The notes beneath the pieces were generated by a model. The model was not told where the DNA came from. It made no database searches and worked only from the letters and a program-made list of their open reading frames with translations. A stretch of 64,000 nt of DNA, from assembly GCA_018304425.1 (NCBI GenBank), contig JAGVWE010000004.1:64001-128000 (forward strand). Direction: 5' to 3'. Made by a program: the position numbers and the translations under genes. This document shows, one piece after another, positions 19,165 through 28,866 of the stretch. Every line of letters begins with the position of its first letter. Position 1 is the stretch's first letter. This DNA comes from Candidatus Iainarchaeum sp. GTDB taxonomy: Archaea; Iainarchaeota; Iainarchaeia; Iainarchaeales; UBA10219.

Positions 19165-19602
19165 TCAATGCAATCCCGTGGAACCGAAACCCGACTCGTT
19201 GCGCGTCGTGGCCTCCAGTTCGCTTACTTCGGTTACCTCGGCTTGTTCCACGCGCGCCAGCACGAGTTGCGCGATTTTCTTCCCCTTTTCGGCCTTGAAC
19301 GGGCGCTCCCCGTGGTTGATGACAATGACCCCTATCTCGCCGCGGTAGCCCGCGTCAATCGTGCCCGGCGCGTTCAACACCGTGATGCCTTCCTTCAAGG
19401 CCAGGCCGCTCTTCGGCCGCACCTGGGCCTCGAAGCCCTTTGGCACCGCAATCTTCAAGCCGGTGGGCACGAGCCTGCGCTGGCCCGGCTTTATTTCACA
19501 GGACTCCGTGGCATACAAGTCCAGGCCGGAATCGCCTTCGTGCTCGTAGGCAGGCAGCCTTGCGTCCGCGGAAACCCTTTTCACGAGCAGTTTGATTCCC
19601 AT
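19165..19602 (-). CDS. dut: Trimeric dUTPase
   Basis: GLDL, RPKSGLA, PGTIDAGYRGE, RNESGFGSTG. Confidence 0.97.
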   Translation of the reverse strand: MGIKLLVKRVSADARLPAYEHEGDSGLDLYATESCEIKPGQRRLVPTGLKIAVPKGFEAQVRPKSGLALKEGITVLNAPGTIDAGYRGEIGVIVINHGERPFKAEKGKKIAQLVLARVEQAEVTEVSELEATTRNESGFGSTGLH

Positions 19603-19618
19603 CGCCTTCCAGTAGCCT

Positions 19619-20089
19619 TCACGCCTTCTTCTCTTCTTCCGAGTACAACCAGTCCAGGCTCATCAACGGATAGGCATGCAACTCGCTTTCCTTGAAGAAC
19701 CGCTTGATTTCCTTTTCGGCTTCTTCCTTGGACCCCGAGGCATGGATGAGGTTCTGCTGGTGGCTCATCGAAAAATCCCCTCGAATGCTGCCCATGTCCG
19801 CCTTTCTCCCCGAGGTAGCGCCCACCATCTTGCGCACGACTTCCACGGCCTCCACCCCTTCCAAGGCGATGACCACGCAGGGAATCGAGGCCATGTATTT
19901 CACGAGGCCCTGGAAGAACGGCTTGTCCTTGTGGTGCGCGTAGTGCTCTTCCAGTTTGGTGGGCGCCAGGCGCTCCATCTTGAGGCCAATGACCCTGAAC
20001 CCCTTGTTCTCAAAGCGCTTGAGGATTTCCCCCATGAGGCCGCGGTTGACGGCATCCGGCTTCAGGATGACACAGGTCCGTTCCATCAC
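19619..20089 (-). CDS. ndk: Nucleoside diphosphate kinase
   Basis: LKPDAV, GSIRGDF, NLIHAS. Confidence 0.97.
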   Translation of the reverse strand: MMERTCVILKPDAVNRGLMGEILKRFENKGFRVIGLKMERLAPTKLEEHYAHHKDKPFFQGLVKYMASIPCVVIALEGVEAVEVVRKMVGATSGRKADMGSIRGDFSMSHQQNLIHASGSKEEAEKEIKRFFKESELHAYPLMSLDWLYSEEEKKA

Positions 20090-20346
20090 GCCTCGACCTC
20101 CTTCGCCTTCTTCTCCTCTTTCAGGACGTCCCGGTCGGCTCCCTTCAAGGCCTTGCCCCGGTCGTGGGACACCTTGATCTGGTGGTATCTACTCGTCCAC
20201 TTGGTCTTGCGCCGGCTCCGGCCCAGCTTCAACGCGTTTTTCTCGCATTTCTTGGCGCAGAAGTGGAACACCGTGGCATCCTTTTTCACGTACATGAAGC
20301 CGGTGCCCTTCTGAATTTCCCTTCCACAAAACGAACACGTCGACAT
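20086..20346 (-). CDS. rpl24e: 50S ribosomal protein eL24
   Basis: CSFCG..GTG..FC..KC..KWT. Confidence 0.95.
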   Translation of the reverse strand: MSTCSFCGREIQKGTGFMYVKKDATVFHFCAKKCEKNALKLGRSRRKTKWTSRYHQIKVSHDRGKALKGADRDVLKEEKKAKEVEA

Positions 20347-20362
20347 TTTTTCACCCGTGCAC

Positions 20363-20575
20363 TTACCTTGCCCTGATTTCCTTGGCCTCGCGCTCGGTGT
20401 TCAAGAGGATCACGACATCGCCTTTCTTGATGTTTCCCTTGACGTTCCGCCGCTTGACCCGGCCCTTTTCCGGGCCGTCCAGAATCTTGCACAGCACCTG
20501 GATGATTTCGCCGTAGACTCCCGTGCGCTGCACGATTTCCACGACTTCCGCGGGGGTTCCCCTTTCAGTTGCCAT
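20363..20575 (-). CDS. rps28e: 30S ribosomal protein eS28
   Basis: RTG..G..QV.C, RNVKG, EREA. Confidence 0.95.
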   Translation of the reverse strand: MATERGTPAEVVEIVQRTGVYGEIIQVLCKILDGPEKGRVKRRNVKGNIKKGDVVILLNTEREAKEIRAR

Positions 20576-20585
20576 GTGCCTTCAC

Positions 20586-20951
20586 CTACTTCCTCAACTC
20601 GCTGAGTTTCTTGACGACGTCATCCAATTCCTTCTTGGCGTCGCCTTCCTCGGCGATTGCAACGGCCGTGGTCGAGACGCCGATGCCGGACTTCTCGCCG
20701 AGCTCCTTGCGCGTCGGCACAAAGCCGAACGGCACGTTTTTCTCCGCGCACAACAACGGCAAATGCATCATGATTTCAGGGGGAGAAACGTCTTCCGCCA
20801 TCACCACGAGCTTGGCCTTCTGGCGCTCAATGGCCTTCGTGACCTCGTTGCTGCCAATCCGGAGCTTGCCGCCCTTCCTCGCCTTTTCCACGAGGCCGAG
20901 GCAACGCTCTGCCAGTTCCTTTGGAACGCTGAACTTAACGTATTCTGCCAT
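20586..20951 (-). CDS. rpl7ae: Ribosomal protein L7Ae (eL8)
   Basis: GSNEVTKAIER, AEDVSPPEI. Confidence 0.97.
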   Translation of the reverse strand: MAEYVKFSVPKELAERCLGLVEKARKGGKLRIGSNEVTKAIERQKAKLVVMAEDVSPPEIMMHLPLLCAEKNVPFGFVPTRKELGEKSGIGVSTTAVAIAEEGDAKKELDDVVKKLSELRK

Positions 20952-20992
20952 CAACGCACACCTCCAGTTTCACAGCCCATTCAGGCAAGCAC

Positions 20993-21041
20993 TCCCTCGC
21001 CCTTTCAAGGGCTCGGGACTCGCCCTGCTGGGCTCGCTGTC
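20993..21041 (-). promoter_or_regulatory. L7Ae 5' leader: kink-turn followed by a second tandem-GA hairpin
   Basis: GAC-AGC-GA-GCCC-agca-GGGC-GA-GUC (3-nt bulge plus tandem GA), then UCCC-GA-GCCCU-ugaa-AGGGC-GA-GGGA. TATA at 21086-21079. Confidence 0.65.
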
Positions 21042-21244
21042 ATAGGCAAAATAGAGCGCCCACCTTTCAGCCGAACGCTTAAAAAACTATTTTGGGTGGG
21101 TTGCCCAAAAGGGCCAAAACCACATAGTATAACCCCCACGGCAAGGCTTTTAAAGGTCTCGGTGAAGCCTTTCAAACCCCTCTGGGCCTTCGGCCAAAAG
21201 GACGGGCAAAAGCCATTTATAGGTCTGCGCCCCTATTCTATTGC

Positions 21245-21778
21245 ATGCTTAAAGCGATTCGAAGGGCTGGACAAACCCTTTGGTCTGCCGGGAAGCGGGT
21301 GGCCTGGAAAGCCTACACCGGCCTCGGTGGAAGGGACCGGCGGAAGCACTTGGAGGTCCGCCGCACCAATTTCCATCCCATGGAAGAATCAGGCCAACAT
21401 GGCCGCCTCATGCCAGGGCAGGTTGTTGCCCTGGAAGCAGGCCCGAAACGTTATGCCTTGCAGCAATCCTATCCAAGGGCTTTCCTTGCTTCCAAGCCAA
21501 GCAAGGACCCCAACCTCGAACTGATTGGCGTGGCCACCATTCCACGAAAAATAAGGAAAAGCGGTTCCCGGGCCGCTGAGGAGCCATTTCCGCCTTCCAG
21601 GGAACTAACCGAATGGGACGTGCCCGAAGAATTCCGGGAATTGTTTCGCGCGTTTGCCACCGAATTGGGTGGCTTGGCGCAAATCCAGGCCTTTGGCCCG
21701 GCAAGTTCTTTCCGCATGCCGCAAGTAAAAGGGCCCGTGCGAAGGATTTACTACTACGTTGACCGCCGCCGTGACTAG
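21245..21778 (+). CDS. Basic orphan protein
   Basis: 177 aa, TTTATA about 23 nt upstream, Arg/Lys-rich N-terminus, no recognisable domain. Confidence 0.6.
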   Translation: MLKAIRRAGQTLWSAGKRVAWKAYTGLGGRDRRKHLEVRRTNFHPMEESGQHGRLMPGQVVALEAGPKRYALQQSYPRAFLASKPSKDPNLELIGVATIPRKIRKSGSRAAEEPFPPSRELTEWDVPEEFRELFRAFATELGGLAQIQAFGPASSFRMPQVKGPVRRIYYYVDRRRD

Positions 21779-21840
21779 AAAAACGGGAAAACCCCCAGAC
21801 CCGCAACCTTTTTAAGAAGCACCTGGTATTACTTAGTGAT

Positions 21841-22134
21841 ATGGAGCACGTGAGCATTAAACTGGATTCGGCCATCGCCAGGCAGATTGAGCGGGCTCTG
21901 GGCGAATTCAATTATACCACGAAAACGGAGTTCATCCGGGACGCCATCCGGGGCAAGCTGAAGGAATTGGACGGGGAGCGCCGGAAGGCGAAGGCCGAGC
22001 GGGCCCTGTTGGCCGCCTACGGCTCGCTGAAGGGCCAGAGCAAGGCGAAGACGGACGAGGAATGGCGCGCGCTGAAGCTTAAGGCATGGGATGAGTTCAA
22101 TCGGAGGCGGGAACAACAAACTAATCGAAAATGA
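21841..22134 (+). CDS. Ribbon-helix-helix (CopG/VapB-like) antitoxin
   Basis: VSIKLD..IARQIE..YTTKTEFIRDAIR; tail AYGSLKG. Confidence 0.8.
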   Translation: MEHVSIKLDSAIARQIERALGEFNYTTKTEFIRDAIRGKLKELDGERRKAKAERALLAAYGSLKGQSKAKTDEEWRALKLKAWDEFNRRREQQTNRK

Positions 22135-22543
22135 TTTCCTCCGGTTTCCTGACTTCCACCACGTCCCGCAGGCATTCAAAGCCGTGGTCTCTCGCCACCA
22201 GCACCGCACCGTTGTCCCGCGCGACGATGGCGTGCGTGAGGTCGGATTCATGGGATTCTGTCCGCGTCTGCGCCAGCTCTCTTGCTTCGGCCCGTTGCTC
22301 GTCCGAAATCTCGACTCGAATCAGCGCTTCTTCGAAGGCGGAAAACGCTTGCTGGATTCGTTCCATGGAATAACCTTGCCGTAATTCGTCTACGGTTAGA
22401 TCGGAATAAAGGATTTTATGTCCTCGTGCCAGGCAGGCCTGGATAAAGCTGAACGCCAATTCCCCCAGTGGCCGGATATTGTCCCTTCGGTCGCCAAGGT
22501 AATCCCACCAGATGGAAGTATCCAAGTAAAACCGTTTCGCCAC
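22121..22543 (-). CDS. PIN-domain toxin (VapC-like)
   Basis: YLDTSIW, DEL, DLTHAIVA, LVARDHGF. Confidence 0.85.
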   Translation of the reverse strand: MAKRFYLDTSIWWDYLGDRRDNIRPLGELAFSFIQACLARGHKILYSDLTVDELRQGYSMERIQQAFSAFEEALIRVEISDEQRAEARELAQTRTESHESDLTHAIVARDNGAVLVARDHGFECLRDVVEVRKPEEIIFD

Positions 22544-22608
22544 GCCTAAACAAGCACCCAAAAGCCTTAACTAATTTTCGTCGATTGACGAATATTCTGG
22601 TATCGGGC

Positions 22609-24276
22609 TCACTCGTGCGTGAACCAAACATTAGTCAGGCTCTTTCCCTGTTCGTCCACGCGGACGAAACCGAACTTGTCAAAGTAGGCGCGCTCGCCGG
22701 GCTTCTTCCAGGCCAGCCGCGATTCTGCGACGCCGTGCCTGACCGAGGCATCGGCCATCTTGACCGCGACGGCCGTGGCCCCGCCGTCCACTAGCCAGTT
22801 CAAGCCCACGATTTTCGGGTCCACGCCGCCGGCCACGGCTTCGCCTGCCGCTTTTTTTCCGTCAAACGAGGCCAGTTTGACGTTGAACGCGTTCTTGAGC
22901 CTGAATACCGCGCCGGGCTTGAGTTTGCCCAGGGGCTTTCCCGCCACCCAGAACTTCTGCGCCCCTGCGGCCAGCGTCGCTTTTTCGGCCCCGCCCACAG
23001 GCGCGTTCTTCACGGTCAACTCCACGGGCTCCGCAACGAACGTCATCCGCTCGCTTTCCGCTTCGATGTACTTCTTGTTGTAGTCGATGAGCTTGCTCAT
23101 GGAAATCGTGGCGTCGTTGGGGGCCACGCCCACTTCCATCAGCACGTCCTTCAACGCGCGCGCGTCGAACCCGCGCCGCCGCAGGGCGCGGATGGTGCCC
23201 AGGCGCGGATCCTCCCATCCCTCAAACCTTCCCTCCTCGATGCCCTTCTTGATGTCGCTCTTGGACAGGATGATGCCCTCGAGCTTGAGCCGGCCCGTGT
23301 GAAAGGCGTGGGGGAACCTCCACCCAAAGTAATCGTAGAGGAACCGCTGTTTGGTCACGTTCTGGGAGTGCTCCTGGCCCCGGATAATCAGCGTTACCCC
23401 CATTTCGTGGTCGTCCACGCTGTTCTGGAACATGAAGCTCGGCCACACGTGCACCTTCTTCTTCATCCGGTTGTGCTCGGGTTCGTCCACGCACCGGGCC
23501 AGCCACCAGTCGCGCACGCTGGGGTCCGGGTGGTTGAGGTCGGTCTTCAACCGCAAAACGTACTCGCCTTCCTTGGCCTCGTTGGACACCATTTTCTCGA
23601 ATATCCGCAGGGTTTCCGCCGGCTTTTGCGCCCGGCACGGGCACGCCGTCTTCTCCTCAATCAGCTTCCGCCAGGCCCCGCTCTCGCAGTTGCAGGCATA
23701 GGCTTTTCCCCTGTCGATGAGCTTTCGCAGGTAATCATAGTACAAGTCGAACCGTTGGCTGGCCCAGAAGACTTCGTCGGGCACGCATTCCAGCCACTTC
23801 AAGTCCTCCAGGAAAAGCCGTTCCGCGTTCTCGATGGGTTTCTTGATTTTCGCGTCGGTGTCCTCGAACCGCAAAATGAATCGGCCGCCGTATTTCTTGG
23901 CGTAGGCGTAGGACATGTAGGCTGCCCGCAGGTTTCCCAGGTGGAAGGGCCCGTTGGGGTTCGGCGCGAACCGGGTCACCACGGACTCCGCGTTCGGGCC
24001 CTCTGCCCACTCGAGGCTGAGCAGCCCGATTTCCTTCTGCTTGGGCCTGAGCTCCCATCCTTCTTGGTCGAACCGGTCGAACTCGGCTTTCAGCTTGGCC
24101 GCCGGCAAGGCGTTTGCTTCCTTGACCGCGGCCTGGACGTCTTTCACGAGGTCCTTAACGTCCTTGTCCGGGTAGAGGGCCTTGGCCTTCCCGATGACGG
24201 CCCCCGCATCCGCTTTTCCGCCGTGCTGGAACGCGTTCTTGACCGCGTACCGGTAGGCATCCTCTCGTACGCCCAT
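22609..24276 (-). CDS. gltX: Glutamyl-tRNA synthetase (archaeal type)
   Basis: TRFAPNPNGPFHLGN, LRFEDTD, LSKS, WEDPRLGT. Confidence 0.97.
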   Translation of the reverse strand: MGVREDAYRYAVKNAFQHGGKADAGAVIGKAKALYPDKDVKDLVKDVQAAVKEANALPAAKLKAEFDRFDQEGWELRPKQKEIGLLSLEWAEGPNAESVVTRFAPNPNGPFHLGNLRAAYMSYAYAKKYGGRFILRFEDTDAKIKKPIENAERLFLEDLKWLECVPDEVFWASQRFDLYYDYLRKLIDRGKAYACNCESGAWRKLIEEKTACPCRAQKPAETLRIFEKMVSNEAKEGEYVLRLKTDLNHPDPSVRDWWLARCVDEPEHNRMKKKVHVWPSFMFQNSVDDHEMGVTLIIRGQEHSQNVTKQRFLYDYFGWRFPHAFHTGRLKLEGIILSKSDIKKGIEEGRFEGWEDPRLGTIRALRRRGFDARALKDVLMEVGVAPNDATISMSKLIDYNKKYIEAESERMTFVAEPVELTVKNAPVGGAEKATLAAGAQKFWVAGKPLGKLKPGAVFRLKNAFNVKLASFDGKKAAGEAVAGGVDPKIVGLNWLVDGGATAVAVKMADASVRHGVAESRLAWKKPGERAYFDKFGFVRVDEQGKSLTNVWFTHE

Positions 24277-24353
24277 GAAATAGAAGGGGCTACTAGGGTT
24301 TTTAAAGGGTTTTAGCCCCTGAACCGGGGTTAGGGGTTTCACGCCCGAAATCG

Positions 24354-25121
24354 TCAGTGCTTGGGCTGTGTGGCCTTGCTCCAGCACGCGTCAAAGTAGT
24401 GGTTCAAGGCGGTTGCCATGGGCTTGTTGTTGTTCCAAATCGTGAAATGGTATTCCGGCCGGTCCTGGGCGAAGTCCGAGAGGGCGAGGATGACCTTTTT
24501 CCCGTCAATCAGGTAAGCGTGCATGCCGTGCTCGAGTTCCCGCAGGTCGACTCCTGCTTCCGAGTACTCCTTGGCCAGCTTCCGCACTTCGTTCGGGATT
24601 TTGCTGATGAGCTTCACTTTCACGTTCTTCTTGGCCGCGTTCTTGATGGCATCGCGCAGGTGCGCGTGCTCCCGGTCCAGGCCCGTGAACGCGACCACTT
24701 GTTCCTTGGCCTGGTCGATTTCCTGGGCAAGAATCCGCATGAAGTCAAACTTGTCCTTGACCTTCATGACTCTCTCGCTTGCCTCGTCCCCTCCATTGGT
24801 GATGGAGAGCAGTTCCTTGACCTGGTTGGCTTTTTGCTCGAGTTCGCTGATTTCAGACTTTTTCTGGGAGATTAGTTCGCCGAACACGGTTTCCGCGTCC
24901 ACGACGCGGTACTTCTTCGGCCGCCCATAGATTTCAATCACGAGCTTCCGCTTGGTCAGCCGGTCCAGCACGTCGTAGACCCTGGTCTTCGGCACTTGTG
25001 CAATCCGCGAGACTTCGGGTGCCTCGCTTTCGCGGAGCTTGAATAGCGCGGTCAAGGTCTTGGCCTCGTATTCCGTGAGCCCAAGCTGTTCCAGCAATGC
25101 GTTTACCTCGGCTTCATTCAT
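24354..25121 (-). CDS. TrmB-family transcriptional regulator
   Basis: LGLTEYEAK..VPKTRVYDVL..GRPKKY plus a PLD-like effector domain. Confidence 0.92.
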   Translation of the reverse strand: MNEAEVNALLEQLGLTEYEAKTLTALFKLRESEAPEVSRIAQVPKTRVYDVLDRLTKRKLVIEIYGRPKKYRVVDAETVFGELISQKKSEISELEQKANQVKELLSITNGGDEASERVMKVKDKFDFMRILAQEIDQAKEQVVAFTGLDREHAHLRDAIKNAAKKNVKVKLISKIPNEVRKLAKEYSEAGVDLRELEHGMHAYLIDGKKVILALSDFAQDRPEYHFTIWNNNKPMATALNHYFDACWSKATQPKH

Positions 25122-25336
25122 GCAACCCCAACCTTTGGCGAGGAACCAATAATATATATAGGGCCCTAGGATATATATAAATTTACTGCTTCGAGTGAAT
25201 AAATAAGCCCATTTTTAGCCTTTCTGGGCCTCTTTTAAGCCATTTAATGGCAGAACAAGCTAGGAGGCCCTTTATTTAACCAAAAAAAGTTAATTGGGGG
25301 GGTTTAAGCCAATGGCAGGCAATTCCGGGGCTGGCC

Positions 25337-26119
25337 TCATCTTTCCATGCTGAACCGGGGCCTGAACTCTCTCGGACCCCGTCGCTCCCTGGGGCCCCCG
25401 CGGCCAAGCCTTCCGCCTCGCCCGCGGCCGCCCTTTCCCCCGCCCAAGCCATAGTCTTCTTCTTCGACTTCGCCTTCCTTCATCTTGTACTCGAAGTCTT
25501 CCACGCTCTTCGTGAACTCGGCGTCCGAGGAAATGGAGCCATTCGCCTTCAAGAACTCGCGGGCCAGCAACCAATAAGCCAGGGCCAGGGATTTCCTGCC
25601 CTTGTTATTGATCGGGATGACCAGGTCCACGTTCTTCGTCGAATTATTCGTCGAACACAAGGCAAGGACCGGAATCCGCACGACCTTCGCTTCCGCAATG
25701 GCCTGGTAATCCGGCTCGGGCTCGGTGACGATTACGGCCTTAGCCTCCACGAACCGCTTCGCTGCCGGGTTCGTGAGGGTGCCGGGCACAAACCTTCCGA
25801 CAATGCAGGTGCCGCCAATGGCTTCCGCGAACGCCTTGGCCGGAGTCTGCCCATACAATTTCCGCGATACCGCGACCACGTTCTTCGCGGGAAACTGCGC
25901 CAAGAACCTGGCCGCAATGGCCAGCCGCTGGTCCAGGGTCTCGATGTTCAGCACTTTCAAGCCGTCCTTCCGCACCTTGTAAATGTATTTCCGCATCTCG
26001 CCGGACTTGAACTTGGTGCCAATGTGCGCGCCCGTCTTCAAGTACTTTTCCTGCTCCAAGAGCACGGTATTCGAGCCGCTTTCCTGTTCCTCTGCCGCCG
26101 TTTCCGTGACTTCAGCCAT
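25337..26119 (-). CDS. rps2: 30S ribosomal protein uS2, with RGG-rich tail
   Basis: GAHIGT, GRFVPGTLTNP, NNKGRKSLAL. Confidence 0.97.
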   Translation of the reverse strand: MAEVTETAAEEQESGSNTVLLEQEKYLKTGAHIGTKFKSGEMRKYIYKVRKDGLKVLNIETLDQRLAIAARFLAQFPAKNVVAVSRKLYGQTPAKAFAEAIGGTCIVGRFVPGTLTNPAAKRFVEAKAVIVTEPEPDYQAIAEAKVVRIPVLALCSTNNSTKNVDLVIPINNKGRKSLALAYWLLAREFLKANGSISSDAEFTKSVEDFEYKMKEGEVEEEDYGLGGGKGGRGRGGRLGRGGPRERRGPREFRPRFSMER

Positions 26120-26138
26120 TCCTTCACCAATCCATTGC

Positions 26139-26333
26139 TTACGCGTTAAACCGCATGATGTCGTCAATCAATTCCACGTGGGAGAAGAGGGTGCGCCTGC
26201 AGCAATACCTTTCCACGCCCAACTCGGTCAAGGCCTTCTCGGGGTTCTCCTTCTTCTCCACCCGCTTCATGAACTCCTCGTACTGCGAGCCAATGACTTT
26301 CCCGCAACTGAAACACCTTACCGGTACAATCAT
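26139..26333 (-). CDS. rpoN: RNA polymerase subunit Rpo10 (N)
   Basis: [15 protein letters not shown]. Confidence 0.98.
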   Translation of the reverse strand: MIVPVRCFSCGKVIGSQYEEFMKRVEKKENPEKALTELGVERYCCRRTLFSHVELIDDIMRFNA

Positions 26334-26347
26334 GCATTACACCTCGC

Positions 26348-26902
26348 TTATCTCTTGCTCTTCTGCTTCTTTCTCCTGGCCTTGGGGCCCAACGGCTTCT
26401 TGGGTTCCACCCTCCGGGTGTCGTCCACCAGCAGCATCCGGTCATACTTCAGGAAAGCGTTCTTCAACTTGTCGTTCTGCGTGTACTCGACGAGCGCCTT
26501 CGCGATGGCCGCACGCGCCGACACCGCCTGGCTCATGAAGCCCCCGCCATGCACGTTGACCTCAATGTCGACCTCGGCGGCCATGGGCCCGGCCAAAACC
26601 ACGGGCTCCTTTACGAGGCGCTTGACCAGCAATGGCTCAATGAGCTCGGCGTTCCGCTTGTTGATGCGGATGACCCCGGAACCCTTCCGGATGGTGGCCC
26701 GCGCAACCGCCTCCTTCTTCTTGGCCTTCACCAGGATGCCCTTCCGCTTGGCCCGCTTCTTCTTCGGCTTGACCTGAACTGCCGGCGAAACCACCTGCGG
26801 CTGGGGCCTCGCCTCCACGGGCTTGGCTTCAACCGTTTCCGGCTTCTCCGCCACGGTTTCCTGCTTGACTTCCGCTACCTGCACAACCGTTTCGTCCGCC
26901 AT
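26348..26902 (-). CDS. rps9: 30S ribosomal protein uS9
   Basis: GGGFMSQA, DTRRVEPKK, QKSKR; N-terminal extension. Confidence 0.96.
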   Translation of the reverse strand: MADETVVQVAEVKQETVAEKPETVEAKPVEARPQPQVVSPAVQVKPKKKRAKRKGILVKAKKKEAVARATIRKGSGVIRINKRNAELIEPLLVKRLVKEPVVLAGPMAAEVDIEVNVHGGGFMSQAVSARAAIAKALVEYTQNDKLKNAFLKYDRMLLVDDTRRVEPKKPLGPKARRKKQKSKR

Positions 26903-26904
26903 TC

Positions 26905-27360
26905 TTACACCCCGTTCCCGTCGGCCTTCTGCAGGGAGCCAGTAGCCTTCACTCCATACGTCGCGCTAATGTCTTCCACCAGCACGAACTTCGCCGACCG
27001 GTTCTTCGCAACCGCGAGGGCCTCGGCCTTCGCGTTGTCCGGGTTCCCCACGAAAACCTTCAACTTCTTGAACGCCTGCTTCCCCGTATCCCGTTTGTAG
27101 GGCAGCATGCCCCGCACGGCAAACGAGACAATCCGGTCCGCGTGCCGCTGGAACTTGGGCCCCTTCTTGTAGGGGTTCGCCTTGATGTTGGCGTGGTATC
27201 GCCGGAAATACTTTTCCAGGATTTGCACCCGGTTGCCGGTAATCACGGCCTTCTCCGCGTTCACGATTTCAATCAACTCGCCCTTGAGCAGCCGCTGCGC
27301 CACTGCGGAAGCCATCCGCCCCAACACCAAGCCGCTCGCGTCAATGACCGTCATAACCAT
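26905..27360 (-). CDS. rpl13: 50S ribosomal protein uL13
   Basis: LGRMAS, NAEKAVITG, VRGMLP. Confidence 0.96.
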   Translation of the reverse strand: MVMTVIDASGLVLGRMASAVAQRLLKGELIEIVNAEKAVITGNRVQILEKYFRRYHANIKANPYKKGPKFQRHADRIVSFAVRGMLPYKRDTGKQAFKKLKVFVGNPDNAKAEALAVAKNRSAKFVLVEDISATYGVKATGSLQKADGNGV

Positions 27361-27366
27361 CCAACC

Positions 27367-27735
27367 CTATCCCACAATCACGCACTCCGATGCCTTGGGC
27401 TTTGCCTCCAGCAACTCATTCAAGGACATGGCCCTGCCCTTGGCCGCCCGGATCTTCTCCAAGGCATTCCCCGAAAACGCGAAAGCCGCGACCTCCAGCT
27501 TGCCGTCCACCTCTCCCGCCGACAACACCTTGCCAGGCACCACCAGCACCGCGTTCTTGTGCTTCTGCCCCAGCTTCGAGAGCTTCCACAGGTTGACCTG
27601 CTTGGCCATGCGCCGCGGCTTGGCCAGCGTCTCCGCTAAGTCAAACCAAAGCCCCTGCTTGGACTTCTTGCCCATCTTCTCCAAGGCCACAATCAATTTC
27701 CTCGTTGCATCCTTGGTTGGACCCGTTGCTTTCAT
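27367..27735 (-). CDS. rpl18e: 50S ribosomal protein eL18
   Basis: VNLWKL, VPGKVL, AFAFS. Confidence 0.95.
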   Translation of the reverse strand: MKATGPTKDATRKLIVALEKMGKKSKQGLWFDLAETLAKPRRMAKQVNLWKLSKLGQKHKNAVLVVPGKVLSAGEVDGKLEVAAFAFSGNALEKIRAAKGRAMSLNELLEAKPKASECVIVG

Positions 27736-27823
27736 TGTTTTATCACCGTTATTTTTGAGTCCCGGTGGGACATTTTTTCACCATCATTTCCGTATTCTTT
27801 TTCCACGCCGACTCCTCGCTTAA

Positions 27824-27955
<132 letters not shown>

Positions 27956-27971
27956 AACTGCCGAAGCGTCA

Positions 27972-28037
27972 GTTGACACCGCATACGTCGTCCCGTTTCG
28001 CCTGAGAGGCTCAACGGGACATAAATATGCCGTCAAC
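27972..28037 (-). promoter_or_regulatory. Tandem-GA hairpin element, copy upstream of tRNA-Leu/eL18
   Basis: GUCCCGUU-GA-GCC-ucuca-GGC-GA-AACGGGAC-GACGUAUGCG, enclosed by GUUGAC/GUCAAC. Confidence 0.65.
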
Positions 28038-28091
28038 CGTTCCCGCCGCATTACCATTGCATGAAAGGGCTTTAATTGCTTGCCATTCCTC

Positions 28092-28847
28092 CTATAACTC
28101 CTTCACCTGCTTCTTGAACTCCTTGGTCTTCTCCGCCAAGGCATCCAGGGCGGCTTCCACTATTTCCTTGGCTTCCAGGCCGCCAAACGACTCCAGGTTC
28201 AACACGTAAGCGTTCTCGTCGTACTCGATTTCCACCGCGCCCGGGGGGGCGATGTCCCTCGCCTTGGACACCAGGTCCAGGTTGAGGCTCGAGGAATCCT
28301 TGACGGTAAGCTTTCCCGCCTTCAACTCGAACTGGCCCGGAGCCGCGTCCAACAACTTGTTCGGGTTGTCGATGTGCTTCATGTCAAACGAGACCTTGGC
28401 CAGTTGCGAGTAACCAACGATGCCGGGCTGCCACTTGACGTGTTCCTTCCCGAACCCCATGACGGCATCCATTTCAATCTTGACCTTCTGGCCCTTCGCC
28501 AGCTTCACCAACGGGATGTGCTTGTCCACGACTTCCACCTTCGGGTCGGTGGACTGCACGTCCCTCGAATAAACGGTGGCCGGGCCCTCCTTTTCAAGCA
28601 TCATGATCACTTTTTCGCCGGCCTTGTACGCCTTGAGGTCCGTCTTCAACGGCAGCATGCCCAGCCTATGCGCCAGCATCTCGTCAAACATGACCGAAGA
28701 ATTCTCGTAAATCCGCACGTCCTCCACCGCGAACACCGGCACGGAGTTCATGATGGCCCGCCGCACGCCGTTCATGAAAGTGGCATCCACGCCCTTCACC
28801 AGCAACTGCACGGAATTCCCCTTTTCAGCCAGCTTCTTGACATCCAT
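28092..28847 (-). CDS. rpoD: RNA polymerase subunit Rpo3 (D)
   Basis: NGVRRAIM..VP, ENSSVMFDEMLAHRLG, GKEHVKWQP. Confidence 0.97.
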   Translation of the reverse strand: MDVKKLAEKGNSVQLLVKGVDATFMNGVRRAIMNSVPVFAVEDVRIYENSSVMFDEMLAHRLGMLPLKTDLKAYKAGEKVIMMLEKEGPATVYSRDVQSTDPKVEVVDKHIPLVKLAKGQKVKIEMDAVMGFGKEHVKWQPGIVGYSQLAKVSFDMKHIDNPNKLLDAAPGQFELKAGKLTVKDSSSLNLDLVSKARDIAPPGAVEIEYDENAYVLNLESFGGLEAKEIVEAALDALAEKTKEFKKQVKEL

Positions 28848-28866
28848 GTTCACACGCTCCAAGGCC

